Positions 59,586 to 64,000 of a DNA stretch of 64,000 bases are shown here, piece by piece. Numbering within the stretch: position 1 is the stretch's first letter; the number at the start of each line of letters is the position of its first letter. Both the position numbers and the translations under genes were made by a program. Origin of the DNA: Vicugna vicugna (taxonomy: Eukaryota); assembly GCA_013265495.1 (NCBI GenBank), contig MU058946.1, positions 1,082,145 through 1,146,144 on the forward strand, given 5' to 3'. The notes under the pieces are model-generated. The model was given only the letters and a program-made list of their open reading frames with translations. It had not been told where the DNA came from and made no database searches.

Positions 59586-60544
59586 AGCTTGAAGAAGTTC
59601 CAGGCTCTCTAACTGCTCTGCATAAACATGGAGCCAGCAAGCCCTGTGGCCGCGGAGGCGCGGCTCTAATCCCACGAAGGCGCCCAGCAGATAAACCTGT
59701 GTCACTGGGACCGGCTGGCCCTGGTGACTTGCGAGAGGGCACTGGCTTATTTACAGTTAGTCAAGCTTCGCCTCCATCGAAACCGGCATTTCCAATACTT
59801 AATAAACACGGCGGGCGAACTCCCCGGTGAACAGCAGCTTTGCGGGAACTGCGTGTGTTTCCACCTGAGCCCGGCTTTGCTTCCACCAGCTGGGCAGCGC
59901 TCCCGCAGAGAAACAGGCCGTTTCCCCGACGGCCGCCGGAGAGGTCAGAGGGGCTGAGCCGCCCGGCTTCCATGGGGGTGGAAGGTGCTGGGGGCCGTGC
60001 CCCCCCCACCGGCTCGGGGCCTGCCCCGTTTACAGACGCAGGACACCCTGAGCCACGGACTTCTGCTTCCCTCTAGCTCTGAGAAAAGTATCAAGAAAAA
60101 TGTGTTTTTTCCCCTAATTCATACTTTCCTTCATTTTAACCCCCACTCATCTGCTTTAAAATGCAATCAGGGCCGCCAGCCAAGCTCCAAATTTGCTTTA
60201 AGAAAAGGGTTTCTTAGCGGGAGCTGGACTGACCCACAGACAGGCCTGTGTGGGATAGAAGCAGAGAGAAATGTCCCTTCCAGAGCCCACGAGAACCGTG
60301 CTGGGCCCAGGGCTCCCCCTGCTGTGTGGCTTCCAGGCTGGGGAAACTTCTCGCTAATAGTGTGGCACCAGCAGGGACTGGGGTACCCGCCACCCCAGGC
60401 GGGCAGGCCTGTCCTGGCGAGCCGGGTGGGCACTGGGTCGCCCAGGGCCTCTGTGACCTGGGCCCTCACCCGGGAACCCAGTAGCTGGACAACAGACCAG
60501 CTGCCTGGCCTGTGGGCGAGTCCTGTGTCTCAGGGCTGCCAGGC

Positions 60545-60700
60545 AGTTCCCTTCTCACCCTCCTCCTGAGCATCTGCTCTGTCCCGGGCTCCCCCTTGGT
60601 GCTGAGAACACAGCAGAGAACAAAATCACTCCTGTCCTTGTGGGGCTTCCACTCAGCTGCAGGGAGAGAGGACAGCACAAGACAGACAGGAGGATGGTGC
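60545..60700 (-). mobile_element. LINE-2 3' end fragment
   Basis: ctgagcatctgctctgtcccggg...gtgctgagaacacagcagagaacaaaat...cctgtccttgtggggctt. Confidence 0.55.
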
Positions 60701-62031
60701 CTGGAGGACAGTGGACCAGAGGAGAGGCCCTGAGCCTGCGTGGGGAGAGTCCACGCACCCAAACGGGGTGGGTGAGGGGTCCCAGTGAGAGGCTGATACC
60801 TGGGTGAAGACTCTCTGTGGGTGGAGCCCCTCCCTCAGCACGAGGGTGGTGGGGGGAAGCGAGCTGAGGCCCGTGGGGACCAGGCTCGAGTTTCTGGGGA
60901 GCAGCCGGGAGGCCGGGTGGCGGTGGCAGGAGGAGAGCAGGGTTGGGGGGAGGACTTCAGTCCCGGCATCAGTCAGACAGCAGTGGGCGTCTAGAAGTGG
61001 ACCGGGGCTGCTTCTACGCGGCTCGGATGATGGGCCTCGGGAAGACGGGACAGAGGCATCTCGTGGTGCAGAAGGAGAGCCTGAAGGCCGGCTCGGGGGG
61101 ACCTGCGCCACAGACCCGCCGTCGTCTGGCAAGCGTTGGGTTTCCCTGCTCTGAGCTGCTCCAGACCCAGGGCCCTCCCCACCTGGCCTGCCTGCTCTCT
61201 CACTGCCTCCCTGCGTCAGGAGCCTGGGGCAGCGGGGACACACCAGCGTGCCACCCAAGAGCCTCCCGAGCAGCCATGGGGGGCACAGCAGGCGGCCCCC
61301 CGAGCTTCAGGTCCCACGTCTCCAGAGAGGGGCCAGCACACAACACAGGGCCGGGCAGGCAGGGCTCATGCAGGCAGAGCCAAGCTGTCCCAGTGCACCT
61401 GCTCCTCAAGTGAGGCTGGGAACAGTCAAAGACGTTGCTGTCAGCCTTCAGACTCACTGATCAGCACAGGCTTGCTGGGTACCAGGTCCCGGCCGCCCAG
61501 CTCGGGGACGGGAAGAGGGTGAGATGTTCATTTCACCCCCTTTCTTTCCTCCAGAATATGCTACCGCGTCCCCTCCAAGACCCTTCAGGGGCTGGAAAGA
61601 TGGGCATCTTGTCTGCTTCAGGACCCAGCAGTTCACCTGTCATTCATGTTTGAGTAAGATGCTGTCCTCGTTGGAATGACAGTGACAAATAGTCAGTGTC
61701 TCAGCGGCCCGTGGGCCATAGTTTGCCAACCACTGGCTCAGATGAAAACCTGCGGACCATCCTTTCACACCAAGGAAAACCTATCCTTCTGGCCACACGC
61801 CCACTCCTCCTCTGGAGCCATCCGACCAAAGAGGACCAAAGTGCCACCTGCCTGTGTCCCCTGGGTTTCTACGTGCTTTTGATCTGCTTGTATTTTAAGA
61901 AGGCCAGCCGGTCCTAGAATGGCCAAAGCAACCATGACCCTGGGCATCCGTTAATGTGGACAATTAGGACACGCTGACGCGGCCTCCCCTCCGACCACAG
62001 TTAACCTCTGAGGCTAAAAACCCCCACACAC

Positions 62032-62110
62032 CTACAGACCCAGTCCCGTCGATGATGGCGGTCACGGTGGCCAGAGCGTGCGCGTTTCCTTTCAGGCTTT
62101 TGTGAGTCCC
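62032..62110 (-). CDS. SLC37A1: SLC37A1 coding exon (79 nt, phase 0 to 1): GTHKSLKGNAHALATVTAIIDGTGSV
   Basis: Acceptor ctctctcctccag| and donor TAG|gtgtgt. Carries the SLC37-family motif TVTAIIDGTGS and is in phase with its neighbours. Confidence 0.97.
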
Positions 62111-62902
62111 CTGGAGGAGAGAGAAAGCCAGTGTGAAACACGTCCCCGCAACATCAGAGTGAGAACTGACCTGTGTCTTCTACATGACGATTTACCCAAA
62201 CTGCTTCGTAAAGCAAGGCGTGGGGTACTTCCGTCAGAAGATTCAAGCTCCACGCCATCCCAAACGTGCCAAGTTTCACGTGTTTTTAATATTTAAAAAA
62301 ATGAACAGAAATACTTGTCCAAACATATTCCAGTTAAGAGAACTCTTAAAATTCTCCTCAATAAATCTTTACTCGGCACAGCCACCCTCTTCACGACGCA
62401 GAGATCAACGCAGAAACCACAAGGAGAGTGGGGCTCGCCGGGTCCCTGGCAGGGCCGGCGTGTGCGCCGGTGGCCATGGCTCTGCCGGGGATGCTCTCCG
62501 GCGGCTCTGCAGCGTCTAAAAATCAGCCCGCGAGGCGGTAAACGCCAGGGAGGAGGGGCGAGCGGGCGGGGCCCAAGAAACCTGCTTACGGGGCGGAAGT
62601 TCTACGTGAAAAACCAGCAGGAGCTCTGGTTTTCAAAAAGCCACACAAATTAGGTGGAGGGAAAAACACAAACTGAGAACAATAAAAGGAAAAGCTGAAT
62701 GAGGAAAAATAATGCCCAGGAGCCTAAAACCGTAAGAATAAACCAAAGCTTGTAGGAGCGCTTGTGTGTGCATGGGCATATAGCATAAAATAGAGCACCC
62801 GGAAGAACCCCCTATGGTGGGTGAAGCGCCCCCACCCCTGTGCCCTGTAACCCCACGGGGCTGACATGCCGTGTGCGCTCCGCCTGGGCTGTGCGCGCTC
62901 AC

Positions 62903-62976
62903 CAGGTCGGCGGAGACGGCGGTGGTGATGAGCGCATACGGCCCGCTGACCAGGGCCCCGCAGAGCAGCAGCATGA
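62903..62976 (-). CDS. SLC37A1: SLC37A1 internal coding exon (74 nt, phase 1 to 0): (x)MLLLCGALVSGPYALITTAVSADL
   Basis: Acceptor ttctccacag| and donor CTG|gtgagc. The peptide matches the SLC37A1 (MFS glucose-6-phosphate/Pi exchanger) C-terminal TM region. Confidence 0.96.
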
Positions 62977-64000
62977 CTGTGGAGAACAGACCCGGGAGAG
63001 GGCGGTGGTTAGCAAGCACGACAGGGCCCCCGGGAGAGCCCCCGCAGTCTTAGCACCCCGCATCACACGTGGGTGCTGCCCTGAGTGGAAGGCGAGCAGG
63101 TGCCGGCCTACCCTCCTCGCCCACAGCGGTCACTGCTGGGGTGAGAGTCATAAACTGCTCCTTTAAACTTGCCCCGGGGTACGTTTTGTAAGTTCAATCA
63201 CGCTTTCCCAGAGGTTCAGGCTATGTTCAGAGGAGCCGGTACCCTGTTTGCTGAATCTCAATGGGCAGCAGCTGTTGTCACAGAGAGGGAGCGAGAGCCT
63301 AGGGCACCGAGCACAGATGTGACCACAGGCGTGGCCAGGGGAGCGCCTGCTCCTTGTCATCCGGCGGCCCGGATGCTGACGCCAGCCACGGTCTCACCTG
63401 CAGCGGAACGGCTTCCTCTCTGCACTCACTGCTGCTCACGGCAGCCCCCAAGGGGGCCCCGGAGCCCCAGCGCGGCTGAGCTGTTCACGGGCGGGACAGC
63501 CCTGCCCGTTTCTGAGATGCGGTCTCCTAGACTCTGGCTCAGTCCCCCAGCCTTCCTCTGGTTCACATTCCTCTGTGCAGAAGATTCTGGACCCAAGGGT
63601 CATAGGAAACTCCAGGATCCTCTTGCACACACAAGCTGCCCCCTGTGTAACATTTAATGGGATCCCACACAGCCCCCTCTGATCCCCACTGCCGCCTTGT
63701 CAGAACAGAAGAAATGTTTACTAAGTGTCACAGCCATAATTTGACAGCACTGCTTGCAGGAAGTTAAAAATAGTCCTCCAGTGTGACACCTAGAATGGCG
63801 GCCGCCAGAGCCAGCTGAGAGGGCCGGCTCCCCGGGGCTCGGCAGGCTGGGGTGCAGCCCGCCTGCCGCCTGCTCCTCACCAGGGGCAGCCAGGGCGCAT
63901 CACCGCCCCAGACCAGGGGCCTGCACTCTCCCACGCTTGCCCTTAAACCTGCCGACCGTCAGGCCTCAGGTCTGGGAGCAGGAGCCCCAAGGCCCCACCC

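Noticed and set aside
60578-60606. REST/NRSF half-sites (ctgtcc ... ggtgctga) in an L2 relic
   Set aside because: The spacer is 13 nt rather than the canonical 2, so it is probably just L2 sequence.

Overview
GC-rich mammalian genomic DNA. The LINE-1 3' ends look cetartiodactyl-type and no young SINE family is evident, so a camelid is possible (inference). Two known genes lie in tandem on the minus strand, in the human chr21 order: the last five coding exons and 3' UTR of SLC37A1 (62976 down to about 51125), and the CpG-island promoter, first coding exon (15712-15644, [23 protein letters not shown]) and start of intron 1 of PDE9A. About 35 kb between them holds old repeats (L1, L2, MIR, MaLR/ERVL LTRs, MER20), two minisatellites and assembly gaps. 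Nearly all ORFs in the six-frame track are spurious GC-rich frames. There are no rRNA, tRNA, CRISPR or other prokaryotic systems. The most interesting unexplained signal is a set of plus-strand exon-like segments with strong splice sites and compatible phases (45622-47786, plus 51684-52508 antisense to the SLC37A1 3' end). They suggest a spliced, possibly coding, transcript converging on SLC37A1. This is a hypothesis, not an established gene.
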